The position numbers and the translations under genes were made by a program. A DNA stretch of 64,000 bases from Alphaproteobacteria bacterium (GTDB lineage: Bacteria > Pseudomonadota > Alphaproteobacteria > UBA7879 > UBA5542), in assembly GCA_046317875.1 (NCBI GenBank), contig JBKCVN010000011.1:10898-74897 (forward strand). Reading direction: 5' to 3'. How positions within the stretch are numbered: the stretch's first letter is position 1; the number at the start of each line of letters is the position of its first letter. This document shows, piece by piece, positions 40,441 to 51,080 of the stretch. The notes under the pieces were generated by a model. It saw nothing but the letters and a program-made list of their open reading frames with translations. It was not told the origin of the DNA and made no database searches.

Positions 40441-40706
40441 CTATGATCGCAAAAAAAAGAAGAAGGTTCAAGAAAATCATGGTGGTAATTTAAAGATTTA
40501 TTACCAACATTCTCAAGGCCTAGGAAAAAGAGGTATACTAAGAAAAAACTAACAATAAGAATGGTTTTTCTTTAATTTTGGATAGGCTAAATAACGAGCA
40601 TAGTTTTGGTCAAAAAGGGAATTTTTCTTTGTTAACAGTATCTTGCTAGATTTACATCTTATGTAATCGTGTATTAAGATAATAAAAATAACAGAGGAAG
40701 AACCAT

Positions 40707-41444
40707 ATGAAAAATGTTCAAGGGATTCTGATTGCGCTTATCGGGGCATTTGGTCTGGTGATCTCGGGCCACTTAATTTCCAGATCTTTACAGCGATTTG
40801 GGGGCAATAATAACCAAGTCACTGTTCGAGGGATTGGAGAGCGAGATGTAAAAGCTAATTATGGGTCCTGGCAAATTGAATTCTTAGTGCGTGAGTCCAA
40901 TTTAGAGAAGGCTATGAAGTCGTTTAAGAAAACGAATCAAGTTATTCAAGAGTTTTTAAAAGAACAGGGATTCAATCCAAAAGAAATTTCTTTAGGTGTT
41001 CCCAATGTTCGATTTGGACGGGAAGATAAGTTTGGGCTAGAAAACAGAGAGGAAAACAGACACGTAAATGTAGAAGGCGTTGTCTATGTAGTATCAGAGG
41101 ACGTGGAAAAAATCCAAGCCGCATTTGTGCAAATGTCTCGTTTGTTTGAACGGGGTGTGATTTTGAATGGATGGAATCAGTTTCCTGTGTATTCGATTAA
41201 AAACTTTGATACTTTAAGGCCTGAATTATTAGAAGAGGCCACCAAAAGTGCGCAGATGGTGGCAGAAAAATTTGCTTCCGCTGGAAATGTAAAATTGGGC
41301 AGGGTAAAAAATTTGAACCAAGGAGCTTTCAGTATTAATTCAAAAGAGGAAGGGTCAGCAGAAAATATGGGCTCGGGTCAAAAACCTTCTTCATATAATA
41401 AAGTGGTGCGTGTGGTGGTTCATGTAACATATAGTATAAATTAA
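40707..41444 (+). CDS. SIMPL/DUF541 (YggE-like) periplasmic protein
   Basis: 245 aa with a signal peptide. Family-like order of sheet and helix segments; recalled similarity only. Confidence 0.6.
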   Translation: MKNVQGILIALIGAFGLVISGHLISRSLQRFGGNNNQVTVRGIGERDVKANYGSWQIEFLVRESNLEKAMKSFKKTNQVIQEFLKEQGFNPKEISLGVPNVRFGREDKFGLENREENRHVNVEGVVYVVSEDVEKIQAAFVQMSRLFERGVILNGWNQFPVYSIKNFDTLRPELLEEATKSAQMVAEKFASAGNVKLGRVKNLNQGAFSINSKEEGSAENMGSGQKPSSYNKVVRVVVHVTYSIN

Positions 41445-41602
41445 CTTTACTAAGCTAATAGTATTTGTGAAATCGTATCTATCTGTAATTTCCATAACCT
41501 AAAAAAATTATAACTCTTTATTGGAAGGGTTTATATTATTCAAAACTTGCCAAATCATAAAAAAAGCGTATACTGCGCTTAACATCCTTTTCATATTGTC
41601 AA

Positions 41603-41630
41603 GGTGGACCGTTGGTCCGCCTTTTTATTT
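41603..41630 (+). terminator. Hairpin plus T-run about 25 nt upstream of the nusA start (terminator or leader attenuator)
   Basis: GGTGGACC-gttg-GTCCGCC (one G-U wobble pair) followed by TTTTTATTT. Confidence 0.45.
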
Positions 41631-41653
41631 AGGTAAAATTATGAGGAAAAAGA

Positions 41654-43147
41654 ATGGTTGCATCCATAAATAAAGAAGCCTTACAGATTGCTGAAGCCGT
41701 AGCCCAGGAAAAGGGCATTGATCCTGAAGAAGTTCTAATTGCCATGGAAGAAGCGATTCAAAAGTTGAGTCGCACTAAGTATGGTTTGGAAAATGATATC
41801 CGTGTAAAAATTGATCGCAAAAACGGTGCCATTCAAATCGACCGGTATCGTGAAGTGGTAGACACTGTAGAAGATTCTTTAAAACAAATTTCGCTGGAAG
41901 AGGCGCGCAAGGAGGACAAGACCATCGACCTTGGGGATTTTGTGATTGAAAACCTCCCTCCTATCCAGTTTGGTCGAGTGGGGGCACAGGCGGCACGCCA
42001 GGTGATTTCCTCTAAGGTTCGGGGTGCCGAGCGTCGAAAGCAGTATGAAGATTTCAAAGATAAAGTGGGTGAGATTGTCAGTGGTACAGTCAAGCGTGTG
42101 GATTACGGAAACTATATCATTGATATTGGTCGGACCGAATGTTTGTTACGACGGGATGAGTGCATTCCCCGTGAAATGTTAAGACCTGGCGATCGGGTCC
42201 GTTGTTTTGTGATGGACGTTCGTGAAGAACCCCGCGGTCCTCAGGTATTTTTATCCAGATCACACCCTGACTTTATGGCTAAACTGTTTTCCCAAGAAGT
42301 TCCTGAAATTTACGATGGCACTATCGAGATTCTATCAGTTGCCCGTGATCCAGGAAGCCGTGCCAAAATCGCGGTGCGTGCACGGGATGGGGGGATTGAC
42401 CCCGTTGGGGCGTGCGTGGGGATGCGAGGCAGTCGTGTTCAAGCCGTTGTGAACGAATTACAAGGTGAAAAAGTAGACATCGTTTTGTGGTCGGCTGATT
42501 TGGGAACATTTATCCTTAATTCACTAACCCCTGCTGAAATTTCTAAGGTTGTGATCGATGAAGATCAGAATCGTGTGGAAGTGGTGGTACCAGAAGATCA
42601 ACAAAGCCTGGCCATTGGTCGTCGGGGACAAAACGTACGATTGGCGTCTCTTTTAACGGGGATGGAAATCAGCATTATGACCGAAGCCCAAGAAGCAGAA
42701 CGTCGTACGGAAGAATTCAGCCACAAAACAAAACTGTTTATGGAAGCTTTGGATGTAGATGAAGTGATCGCCCACCTGTTGGCTGTAGAAGGATTTTCAA
42801 CATTGGAAGAAATTGCCGACGTCAGCACGGACGAATTAGCCTCGATCGAAGGATTCGATGAAACCTTGGCCCAGGAGCTGCAAAGCCGTGCGGAAACCTT
42901 CCTGAAAAATAAAGAAGAAAAATTGAAAAAACGCTGTGTTGAATTGGGTGTTTCTCAAGAGATCATGGATATGGATGGACTTTCCCTTGAAATAAAAGAA
43001 AAATTAGGGCAAAACAACATCAAGACTTTAGATGACCTAGGTGACTTAGCATCGGATGAGTTGATCGATCTTGTTGGTAAGGGGTCTTTAAATGCGGACC
43101 AAGCCAATGATATTATTATGAAAGCTCGAGCTCATTGGTTTGAGTAA
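41654..43147 (+). CDS. nusA: Transcription termination/antitermination factor NusA
   Basis: 497 aa. N-terminal domain, S1, KH1/KH2, and acidic C-terminal repeats. infB lies directly downstream. Confidence 0.9.
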   Translation: MVASINKEALQIAEAVAQEKGIDPEEVLIAMEEAIQKLSRTKYGLENDIRVKIDRKNGAIQIDRYREVVDTVEDSLKQISLEEARKEDKTIDLGDFVIENLPPIQFGRVGAQAARQVISSKVRGAERRKQYEDFKDKVGEIVSGTVKRVDYGNYIIDIGRTECLLRRDECIPREMLRPGDRVRCFVMDVREEPRGPQVFLSRSHPDFMAKLFSQEVPEIYDGTIEILSVARDPGSRAKIAVRARDGGIDPVGACVGMRGSRVQAVVNELQGEKVDIVLWSADLGTFILNSLTPAEISKVVIDEDQNRVEVVVPEDQQSLAIGRRGQNVRLASLLTGMEISIMTEAQEAERRTEEFSHKTKLFMEALDVDEVIAHLLAVEGFSTLEEIADVSTDELASIEGFDETLAQELQSRAETFLKNKEEKLKKRCVELGVSQEIMDMDGLSLEIKEKLGQNNIKTLDDLGDLASDELIDLVGKGSLNADQANDIIMKARAHWFE

Positions 43148-43177
43148 TCAGAGCTTAATTTATGGGATGAGTAACAG

Positions 43178-45718
43178 ATGAGCGATAAAGACAAAAATCC
43201 ACCTTCTCATGAAAAAAAGCCTTTAACGCTTTCCAAGAAGATTGACCTGAAGGATTTAACGGATGGTCAATCGCGTTCCTCTTCAAAAGGGGGCCGTACG
43301 GTTATTGTGGAAGTTAAGAAGAATCGATCCAACTCTGACAAAAAACAAGATGCTCCTACAGAAAGAGCCGGTCTTAGGGCCTCAAAACCCGTTTTGCGGG
43401 CCCGCGAGAAGATTGAAGAAACATCAGGATCTTCGGATTCTTCAAATGCGGTTTCTACCCAAGATAAAAAACTAACAATTCAAGAAAAAGAAGCCCGTCT
43501 GAAAGCCTTACAAAATGCCTCAAGGTATGTGGAGGAACAAGCTGCACAACTGGATCTCTCATCAAAACGTGCGGCCGAGCTTCGCCAAATGGAAGAAGAA
43601 AATCGTCGGCAAAAAGAAGAGTTAGAAGAATCACTCAAAGCTACTCAACAAGCCGTGGCGGAAGAAGAAGCCGCAGCCGCAGGTAGTGCGCCTTCTGCAG
43701 AAGAGTCTTCCGTATCCAGGGATACAAACTCAGAATCTGCCTTCCGCAAACAAAAAGAAAAAGATGATGCAGAAGCCCCCGCCAGGCAAGCCATTAAACG
43801 TCACGATGAACGTCGGTTGACCAAGATTAGCGTATCCGATGTGATTATGGACGAAGAGGGTGAAGATACCTATCAGCGCCGACGTACCCGAAGCATGGCT
43901 GCGATTAAGCGTGCCCGTGAAAAAGAGCGTATGAAGCTGCAACGCCAGCAAATGTCCCAAGAGAAAATTACCCGAGAAGTGGTCATTCCTGAAGCGATTA
44001 CAGTACAAGAATTGGCCAACCGTATGGCTGAAAAAGTGTCTGATGTGATTAAATGTTTCATGAGAATGGGCACTATGGTAACCATTACCCAATCTATTGA
44101 TGCGGATACGGCCCAATTAATTGCTGAAGAAATGGGACACCGTGTGAAACGGGTTTCGGATGCAGATATCGAAGATGTGTTAGCGGAAGATCCGGATACG
44201 GAAGCCGATTTGCAACCTCGCCCCCCTGTGGTGACCATCATGGGTCACGTGGACCATGGGAAGACATCTTTGTTAGATGCTTTACGTACCACCGATGTGG
44301 CCGCAGGCGAAGCAGGTGGTATCACCCAACACATTGGGGCCTATCAGGTAACTTTGCCGTCTAATCAAAAGATCACCTTTATTGATACCCCCGGTCACGC
44401 GGCCTTTACGGAAATGCGGTCCCGTGGGGCGAATGTCACCGATATCGTGGTACTGGTTGTGGCCGCTGATGATGGGATTAAAGAGCAAACGGTAGAAGCC
44501 ATAAATCATGCGAAGGCGGCCAAAGTTCCGATTATTGTGGCTATTAATAAAATAGACAAACCAGGTGCTGACCCTGCACGGGTGCGTCAAGAATTGATGC
44601 AGCATGAAATTTTCCTGGAAGAATTCGGGGGAGATGTTTTATCGGTTGAAGTATCAGCATTGAAGAAAATGAATCTGGATAAGTTGGAAGAGACCATTTT
44701 GCTGCAAGCTGAAATTGCAAACCTATCCGCCAATCCAAAACCCATGGCATCGGGTGTGGTTGTGGAATCACGCCTTGAAAAAGGTCGGGGTCCTGTGGTA
44801 ACCACGTTGATTCAACGGGGCACCCTGAAAAGTGGTGATTTTTTTGTGGCTGGATCGGAGTGGGGCCGGGTACGTGTTTTGTTAAATGACCATGGTAAAA
44901 CCGTATCAACAGCAGGACCTTCCATGCCGGTAGAAATTATTGGATTTAACGGACTACCTGAAGCAGGAGATTTATTCTCGGTTACACAGGAAGAATCTAA
45001 AGCCCGAGAAATTGCAGAATACCGCCGTCATAAACGGAAAGAAAAGCAGGCCGCTTTATTAGATAAAAAGAAAATGGATAACCTATTCTCGAAGAAGGGG
45101 GCACATAAAGAGTTGGCTGTTTTGATCAAGGGGGATGTTCAAGGATCGGTGGAAGCCATTGCATCCAGCTTGATGAAGCTTAAAACAGACGAAGTATCCG
45201 TGTTGGTATTGCACAGCGGTGTGGGTGAAGTGAATGAAACAGACGTTTCATTGGCCCGTGCGTCTAACGCCTTGGTGATTGGTTTTAATGTGAAAGCCAA
45301 TGCCCAAGCCCGTGAATTGGCTCAACGCGAGGGTATCGAAGTGCGCCACTATTCCATCATTTATGATATTATTAATGATGTGAAGGACCTGTTAGGTGGA
45401 CTATTATCGCCCATTCTGAACGAGAAATATTTGGGTCGTGCGGAAGTAAGACGCATTTTTAAAATTTCACGTCTGGGTCATGTGGCAGGTTGCTATGTAT
45501 CGGATGGTTTTATTAAAAAATCAGGCAAAGTTCGATTGTTGAGGGGTACTGAGGTTGTTTACCAAGGCACCATCAAAACATTGAAGCGGACAACCGATGA
45601 AGCCAAAGAAATTAAGAGTGGTTTCGAGTGTGGTATTTTGCTGGAAGGGTTCAATGATATTCATGAAGGGGATATCATCGAATGTTCAGAAATCGAACGG
45701 ATTGCCCGCACGCTTTAA
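43178..45718 (+). CDS. infB: Translation initiation factor IF-2
   Basis: 846 aa. Charged N-terminal region. G-domain [22 protein letters not shown]. Confidence 0.95.
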   Translation: MSDKDKNPPSHEKKPLTLSKKIDLKDLTDGQSRSSSKGGRTVIVEVKKNRSNSDKKQDAPTERAGLRASKPVLRAREKIEETSGSSDSSNAVSTQDKKLTIQEKEARLKALQNASRYVEEQAAQLDLSSKRAAELRQMEEENRRQKEELEESLKATQQAVAEEEAAAAGSAPSAEESSVSRDTNSESAFRKQKEKDDAEAPARQAIKRHDERRLTKISVSDVIMDEEGEDTYQRRRTRSMAAIKRAREKERMKLQRQQMSQEKITREVVIPEAITVQELANRMAEKVSDVIKCFMRMGTMVTITQSIDADTAQLIAEEMGHRVKRVSDADIEDVLAEDPDTEADLQPRPPVVTIMGHVDHGKTSLLDALRTTDVAAGEAGGITQHIGAYQVTLPSNQKITFIDTPGHAAFTEMRSRGANVTDIVVLVVAADDGIKEQTVEAINHAKAAKVPIIVAINKIDKPGADPARVRQELMQHEIFLEEFGGDVLSVEVSALKKMNLDKLEETILLQAEIANLSANPKPMASGVVVESRLEKGRGPVVTTLIQRGTLKSGDFFVAGSEWGRVRVLLNDHGKTVSTAGPSMPVEIIGFNGLPEAGDLFSVTQEESKAREIAEYRRHKRKEKQAALLDKKKMDNLFSKKGAHKELAVLIKGDVQGSVEAIASSLMKLKTDEVSVLVLHSGVGEVNETDVSLARASNALVIGFNVKANAQARELAQREGIEVRHYSIIYDIINDVKDLLGGLLSPILNEKYLGRAEVRRIFKISRLGHVAGCYVSDGFIKKSGKVRLLRGTEVVYQGTIKTLKRTTDEAKEIKSGFECGILLEGFNDIHEGDIIECSEIERIARTL

Positions 45719-46365
45719 TACGCACTACATCGCCTGAGGGGACAAAAAAGGGAGAACTTTCAGTGGACCATTATTTATTAACTAATCCTGTTGCTTTGTT
45801 AGCCATCGTGGGCGCTTATTTTTTGGGATCCATCCCGTTTGGGTTATTATTTACCCGGTGGGGAGGCAAAGGAGACCTGCGTACCATTGGGTCGGGGAAT
45901 ATTGGGGCCACCAACGTACTGCGGACGGGCAGTAAATTTCTAGCCTTGATGACATTTCTTTGTGACTTCCTAAAAGGGTATTTAGCTGTATATTGGGCCG
46001 AAAAATGGCAAGTGCAAGACTTTGCCGCTGTGTTGGTGGTATTGGGACATATGTTCCCTGTATGGCTTAAATTCAAGGGGGGTAAAGGGGTGGCCACTTA
46101 TGGCGGCGCCTTGTTCGGACTCTCCATTCCCTTAGGGGCCCAAGCCATCTTAGGGTGGGTCAGCTTTGCGTTGATTTTTAAATATTCTTCCTTGGCCGCC
46201 CTTTTGGCAGCCTTACTGGTTCCCTTTACCGTTTGGTTGTGGAGTTATGGCGAACCTTTGCTGTATACCACACTGGGATTAAGCTTTTTATTGATAGCAA
46301 AACATTATGAAAATATTCTGAGGCTGATGCGGAGGAAAGAGCCTAAAATCGGTCAAAAAGAGTAA
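45682..46365 (+). CDS. plsY: Glycerol-3-phosphate acyltransferase PlsY
   Basis: Motif GSGNIGATNVLRTG and PlsY TM topology. The annotated start overlaps the infB 3' end by 37 bp; a GTG near 45763 is an alternative start. Confidence 0.8.
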   Translation: MFRNRTDCPHALIRTTSPEGTKKGELSVDHYLLTNPVALLAIVGAYFLGSIPFGLLFTRWGGKGDLRTIGSGNIGATNVLRTGSKFLALMTFLCDFLKGYLAVYWAEKWQVQDFAAVLVVLGHMFPVWLKFKGGKGVATYGGALFGLSIPLGAQAILGWVSFALIFKYSSLAALLAALLVPFTVWLWSYGEPLLYTTLGLSFLLIAKHYENILRLMRRKEPKIGQKE

Positions 46366-46381
46366 ACCATTCAATTCTCTC

Positions 46382-46897
46382 CTATTTCTTTTCTGAAAAA
46401 TTGACATCTTCGGGAAAGGGAAGGCCTGTGGGGTGGATGGTAGCGTCAAAAAAGTAAGTAGAGAGGTAACGTACGGGGAGTCCACCCATAGGTTTTAAAG
46501 CATGCCACACAGTTGGAGGGATACAAATGCTTTGCGGCGGCTCTAGAATGATGAGAGTTTTCCTATTTAGTTGGACCTCTAATTTCCCTTCTAAGACCAC
46601 AATCTGTTGGGTTTGGTGTTCGTGATAATGCCCTTCTACAGGACCTGCTATGTCAAACATTGATATCCTGTAGTTGAGACCCGCTGTGGCGGGGACCACC
46701 TCATAAGAAATGTCTTCCTCACTCATATCTTTAGGAAGGTTTTCTGGCAGGGGTTTTAGGAAAGCAAGAAGAGCCTCAGGGTCAGATTCTCGCATCATTG
46801 CCAGTCCCGACGTGGTTATTAATAGGAGGGGAAAAAAAGCTGCTAGCAGAGTTCGATAGAGTTTCATGGACATTTCTTCTCCTAATCTATTACTCAT
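46382..46897 (-). CDS. Cupin-domain protein with a signal peptide
   Basis: 171 aa. Cupin beta-barrel motifs (..VVLEGKLEVQLN..PPTVWHAL..). Confidence 0.55.
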   Translation of the reverse strand: MSNRLGEEMSMKLYRTLLAAFFPLLLITTSGLAMMRESDPEALLAFLKPLPENLPKDMSEEDISYEVVPATAGLNYRISMFDIAGPVEGHYHEHQTQQIVVLEGKLEVQLNRKTLIILEPPQSICIPPTVWHALKPMGGLPVRYLSTYFFDATIHPTGLPFPEDVNFSEKK

Positions 46898-46909
46898 TAA
46901 ATTATAAAG

Positions 46910-47662
46910 TTAAACCTCGCTCCATTTTTTTCCGAATTGTTCCTTTAGAACTTTTTCAGAAATTTCTTCTAGATCATGCTCTTGTAAAGCGCCCAGCTGA
47001 AAGGGACCATAGCTTAATCGAATGAGTCTGTTCACCACATGGCCCAGGTGCTTCATGACACGTCGTATCTCTTGATTCTTCCCTTCGGTCAGGCTTATTT
47101 TTACCCAACTGTTGGACCCTGTGCCTTGGTTTTTTTCTAAGGACGCTTCGATAGACCCGTATCGAACACCCTCGACTGTGATCCCTTTCTTAAGATTGCT
47201 TAATACTTTTTCAGAAGGTGTTCCTAATACACGAACTTTATACCGTCTGACCCATCCTGTGGCGGGAAGTTCCAAATACCGTGCCAAAGCACCACTGTTG
47301 GTTAATAACAAAAGTCCCTCGGAATTGTAGTCCAAGCGACCCACAGAAATTAACCGTGGTAGGGAAGGGTAGCGTGTCACAATTTCATCGAAAACGGTGG
47401 TCCGATTTTCGGGATCTTTTTGGGTGCACATCACCCCTTTAGGTTTATGATATTTCCAAACCCGAACTCGATCTTTTTTGGGCAGGGGTTCCCCGTCCAC
47501 CAAAATTTTATCATTCTCGGTAACCGTAAAGGCCGGGGTGGTTAGCACCGTTCCATTTACAGATACGCGTCCCTGCTGGATATAGACCTCTGCCTCGCGC
47601 CGGGAACAAAGACCAGACCGAGCCATGACTTTGGCAATACGTTCTTTAGTTTCGGCAGGCAT
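46910..47662 (-). CDS. RsuA/RluB-family rRNA pseudouridine synthase
   Basis: N-terminal S4 domain plus catalytic RLISVGRLDYNSEGLLLLTN. Start taken at the internal Met (MPAETKERIAKVMARSGLCSRREAE), since the longer ORF overlaps the upstream gene by 130 bp. Confidence 0.8.
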   Translation of the reverse strand: MPAETKERIAKVMARSGLCSRREAEVYIQQGRVSVNGTVLTTPAFTVTENDKILVDGEPLPKKDRVRVWKYHKPKGVMCTQKDPENRTTVFDEIVTRYPSLPRLISVGRLDYNSEGLLLLTNSGALARYLELPATGWVRRYKVRVLGTPSEKVLSNLKKGITVEGVRYGSIEASLEKNQGTGSNSWVKISLTEGKNQEIRRVMKHLGHVVNRLIRLSYGPFQLGALQEHDLEEISEKVLKEQFGKKWSEV

Positions 47663-48368
47663 CAATAAAAGCCTTGAGAAGCCGAGTGTCTGCTTCTGAA
47701 ATTTCGAATTCGGCGTGCCATTCCACCCCAATGCAAAACTTATGGGTGGGCAGCTCAATGGCTTCCACAATTCCATCAGGGGCGGTGGCGGATACTACAA
47801 GTCCATCACCAATGCGATCAAGGGCTTGATGATGACGTGAATTGACCTGAATGGTTTCCTGTTTCCCGATGATCTCCCATAATTTTGTATGCGGTGTAAT
47901 GCTCAGGTCATGGCTGGGCAAGTGCATATCTTCGGGCCGTTGAGAGTGATTTAAAGAGTTGGGCCTATAGGTAGGGATATCTAAAAATAAGTTGCCCCCT
48001 TTTAAGCAATTAATGGCTTGCATACCGGCACAAATTCCCAAAACGGGCATATCACGGTCTAGGGCTTTTTCAGCCAATAAAAGATCAAATTGAGACCGTT
48101 GATGCATGATTTTAAGATTTAATTCGGCAGGGGCTTCTTGTCCAAAAAGGCGGGGATCATAATCATTTCCGCCACTGAGAAAGATACCATCCACCAAATT
48201 AAGAACGGCCTCCACATCCATATTAGTGGAAGGCAATGCGATGGGCGTTCCCCCATTTTTACAAATGGCTGCAAAATATTTTTCCGAGAGTGCATGATAG
48301 GGCCGAGCGATATATTCGCCACCCTTTTCTTCGAAATCTAAATTAATGCCAATGACCGGTTTTTTCAT
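47646..48368 (-). CDS. Class-I glutamine amidotransferase-like / gamma-glutamyl-GABA hydrolase (peptidase C26, PuuD-like)
   Basis: Catalytic GICAGMQ context and a downstream His. Start taken at MKKPVIGINLDF, immediately after the cysS stop. Confidence 0.7.
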   Translation of the reverse strand: MKKPVIGINLDFEEKGGEYIARPYHALSEKYFAAICKNGGTPIALPSTNMDVEAVLNLVDGIFLSGGNDYDPRLFGQEAPAELNLKIMHQRSQFDLLLAEKALDRDMPVLGICAGMQAINCLKGGNLFLDIPTYRPNSLNHSQRPEDMHLPSHDLSITPHTKLWEIIGKQETIQVNSRHHQALDRIGDGLVVSATAPDGIVEAIELPTHKFCIGVEWHAEFEISEADTRLLKAFIDACRN

Positions 48369-48369
48369 G

Positions 48370-49746
48370 TTATTTTCGCTTCCAGGTTGTGCCTTGGGGG
48401 CCGTCTTCCAATATGATACCAGAGGCATCAAGCTGTTGTCGAATGGCATCGCTGGTGGAAAAATCTTTGGCTGCCCGGGCTGCTTGGCGGCGTTGGATCA
48501 AGGTTTCTATTTCGCTGGAGGTGAGCCCTGTGGAAAGGGGGCGTTGAAACCACTCTTCGGTTGATACAGAAAAGAAGCCTAACAGGTGGCCCCCTGCTTT
48601 CAGCTGGCGTTGTAGCATTTTCTTACCTTCAGATTCTTTTGTTTTGTGAATCTGCGAGACCAGGTCGTGTAACACAGCCAAAGCCTCCGGGATGTTTAAA
48701 TCATCTTTCAAGGCTGTAAGAATACCGTTAGGAATGTGATCTTTTATTAGGGGATCTTCGGGCGCTAGGCCTTCAAGAGCTGTGTAAAAACGGTCTAAAA
48801 TGTTTTTGCTTTGCAAGACGGTGGCATCGTTCCAATCCAAGGGCTGCCGATAATGGGCCGATAAAAGGGTTAATCGAATAACCTCGCCCGGAATGGTGGC
48901 TAAAAGGTCGTGCACGGTGAAAAAATTACCCAAGGATTTAGACATCTTTTCCCCATTCACAATCAGGTGCCCATTATGCATCCATAGTGTGGCCAGGGGG
49001 GATCCATGGTTGGCGCATTGACTTTGCGCAATTTCATTCTCGTGGTGAGGAAAGACTAGATCAATGCCGCCGCCGTGAATATCAAAGGTTTCACCTAAAT
49101 GCTTTTTGGCCATGGCCGAACATTCAATGTGCCAGCCGGGCCGTCCCCGACCCCAGGGGCTGTCCCACCCGGGTTGATCGGGGGTAGAGGGTTTCCACAA
49201 CACAAAATCTTGGGGATTCTTTTTGTACGGCGCTACCTCGACCCGGGCGCCCGCAATTTGATCGTCAAGGTTCAAACGGGAGAGAAGGCCATAATCCGAA
49301 AAGCGGGGCACATCAAACAAAACATGTTGATCTTTTTCGTAGGCAAATCCTTGATCGATAAGTGTCTGAATCATGGATTGCATTTCACCAATATGCTGAG
49401 TGGCCTTGGGCGTCACCGTGGGGGGCAAAGCATTTAAGGCGGCCATATCATCATTATATTGTTGGGTGGTAAAGGTGGTCAGCTGGTCAATGGATATATT
49501 TTTCTCCAAGGCTGCTTTTATGATTTTATCATCCACATCGGTAATGTTGCGGGCATAGGTGACACGGGGATACATTTGTTGCAGCAGACGGAACAGTACA
49601 TCAAACACCACCACAGGTCGGGCATTGCCCAAATGGGCCCGATCGTAAACCGTGGGGCCACACACATAAAAACGAACATGGTGGGGATCCTGGGGAACGA
49701 AGGTCTCTTTTTGACGGGACAGTGTGTTGTAAAGAATAAGTGTCAT
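48370..49746 (-). CDS. cysS: Cysteine--tRNA ligase
   Basis: 458 aa. HLGN (HIGH-type) and KMSKS motifs, plus the Zn-binding Cys. Confidence 0.95.
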   Translation of the reverse strand: MTLILYNTLSRQKETFVPQDPHHVRFYVCGPTVYDRAHLGNARPVVVFDVLFRLLQQMYPRVTYARNITDVDDKIIKAALEKNISIDQLTTFTTQQYNDDMAALNALPPTVTPKATQHIGEMQSMIQTLIDQGFAYEKDQHVLFDVPRFSDYGLLSRLNLDDQIAGARVEVAPYKKNPQDFVLWKPSTPDQPGWDSPWGRGRPGWHIECSAMAKKHLGETFDIHGGGIDLVFPHHENEIAQSQCANHGSPLATLWMHNGHLIVNGEKMSKSLGNFFTVHDLLATIPGEVIRLTLLSAHYRQPLDWNDATVLQSKNILDRFYTALEGLAPEDPLIKDHIPNGILTALKDDLNIPEALAVLHDLVSQIHKTKESEGKKMLQRQLKAGGHLLGFFSVSTEEWFQRPLSTGLTSSEIETLIQRRQAARAAKDFSTSDAIRQQLDASGIILEDGPQGTTWKRK

Positions 49747-51080
49747 TTTTTCAGAGCATGAGCCAGACGCGTATGGGCCAAGGTCGCCCCCATAAGGCCC
49801 AGAATAATTTTCAGTTCAGGCCCATGATCCTGGGCGGTCAGGGCTTGGCGCAGGGGCATGAACAAAGATTTTCCTTTGCGATCGGTTGTTTGTTTTAGGG
49901 CAGTCATCCAATCATCCCAGGGATTGGTGCTCCATTCCGGGGGCAGAAGATCTTTTGCGGTTTGAATAAAAGATTTGTCGTCCTCAGGAATAGACGTCTC
50001 TATATTCCCCCGGCAAATTTGCCACCATTCGGGCAGCTCAGATAGGCTTTTCAGATTGGGGCGCACGGCCTCCCAAAATATAGGATCCAAATGGGGAAAG
50101 TGACTTTGTTTTTGGGCGTCTTCATAGGACATATGGTGAATGATTTTTTCATTCAAGCTGGCCAGTTCATCGGTTGAAAACTTTGGTGTCGCCCGTGAGA
50201 ATTTTTTGATATCAAAGGACACCAACAGGTGATCCAGGTTCTGAAAGGGTTGAACGGGATCGGAGGTTCCAATTTTGGCAAGTAAACTGTTTACCGCCAT
50301 GGGCAAAATGCCCTTGTCACGGAAATCACGGATGCTTTCTGTGCCCAGCCGCTTAGAGAGTTGGCTTCCTTCTGCGCTTTGTAATAAAGATAAGTGACCA
50401 AAGGTAATCTGGTTTTGGGGAACACCTAGGGCCTCCCATAACTGGATTTGAACGGCGGTGTTGGTAATGTGATCTTCACCGCGGATGATGTGCGTAATTT
50501 CAGAATCCATGTCATCAATAACCGAGGCAAAGGTATATAAGGGTACTCCGTCTTCCCGAATCACCACCGGATCGGTCAGGTGCTTGCCTTCAAAATGAAT
50601 GGGGCCCCGGACCATATCATCCCATTCAATGGGCGCATCTTTCATTAAAAATCGCCAATGGGGTTTGCGGCCCTCGGCTTCGTACGATTCTTTTTGGGCG
50701 GGGGTTAGGTGTAAGGCACCCCGATCATACAACGGAGGCAGCCCTTGGGCAGCTTGACGTTTCCGTTTGAATTCCAGTTCCTGGGCCGTTTCATAACAGG
50801 CGTAAAGACGACCTTCTTTTTTCAGCTGTTCGGCCACCTGGGCATAACGTGTTAGGCGATCGGATTGCTTGAAGTAGTCATCATAATTCAGACCCAGCCA
50901 ATTTAAATCTTCCAGAAGGGCGGTTTCATATTTGGCCTCACTGCGCTCAAGATCCGTATCATCAAGCCTTAATAAGAAGGTACCTTTGTGGGCGCGGGTG
51001 AAAAGCCAATTCACCAACAAGGTGCGGCAATTCCCCACATGAATATAGCCCGTGGGGCTGGGGGCAAATCGAGTTTTCAT
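49743..51080 (-). CDS. gltX: Glutamate--tRNA ligase
   Basis: Starts at MKTRFAPSPTGYIHVGNCRT (HIGH-type motif) and contains KLSKR. The 579-aa ORF in the track carries a 134-aa non-homologous N-terminal extension. The internal start overlaps the upstream gene's stop by 4 bp (ATGA). Confidence 0.9.
   Translation of the reverse strand: MKTRFAPSPTGYIHVGNCRTLLVNWLFTRAHKGTFLLRLDDTDLERSEAKYETALLEDLNWLGLNYDDYFKQSDRLTRYAQVAEQLKKEGRLYACYETAQELEFKRKRQAAQGLPPLYDRGALHLTPAQKESYEAEGRKPHWRFLMKDAPIEWDDMVRGPIHFEGKHLTDPVVIREDGVPLYTFASVIDDMDSEITHIIRGEDHITNTAVQIQLWEALGVPQNQITFGHLSLLQSAEGSQLSKRLGTESIRDFRDKGILPMAVNSLLAKIGTSDPVQPFQNLDHLLVSFDIKKFSRATPKFSTDELASLNEKIIHHMSYEDAQKQSHFPHLDPIFWEAVRPNLKSLSELPEWWQICRGNIETSIPEDDKSFIQTAKDLLPPEWSTNPWDDWMTALKQTTDRKGKSLFMPLRQALTAQDHGPELKIILGLMGATLAHTRLAHALKK

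Noticed and set aside
40158-40493. 111-aa plus-strand ORF in the TonB-receptor leader
   Set aside because: It overlaps the minus-strand cobalamin riboswitch and the receptor start, with no RBS or homology. It is an antisense shadow.
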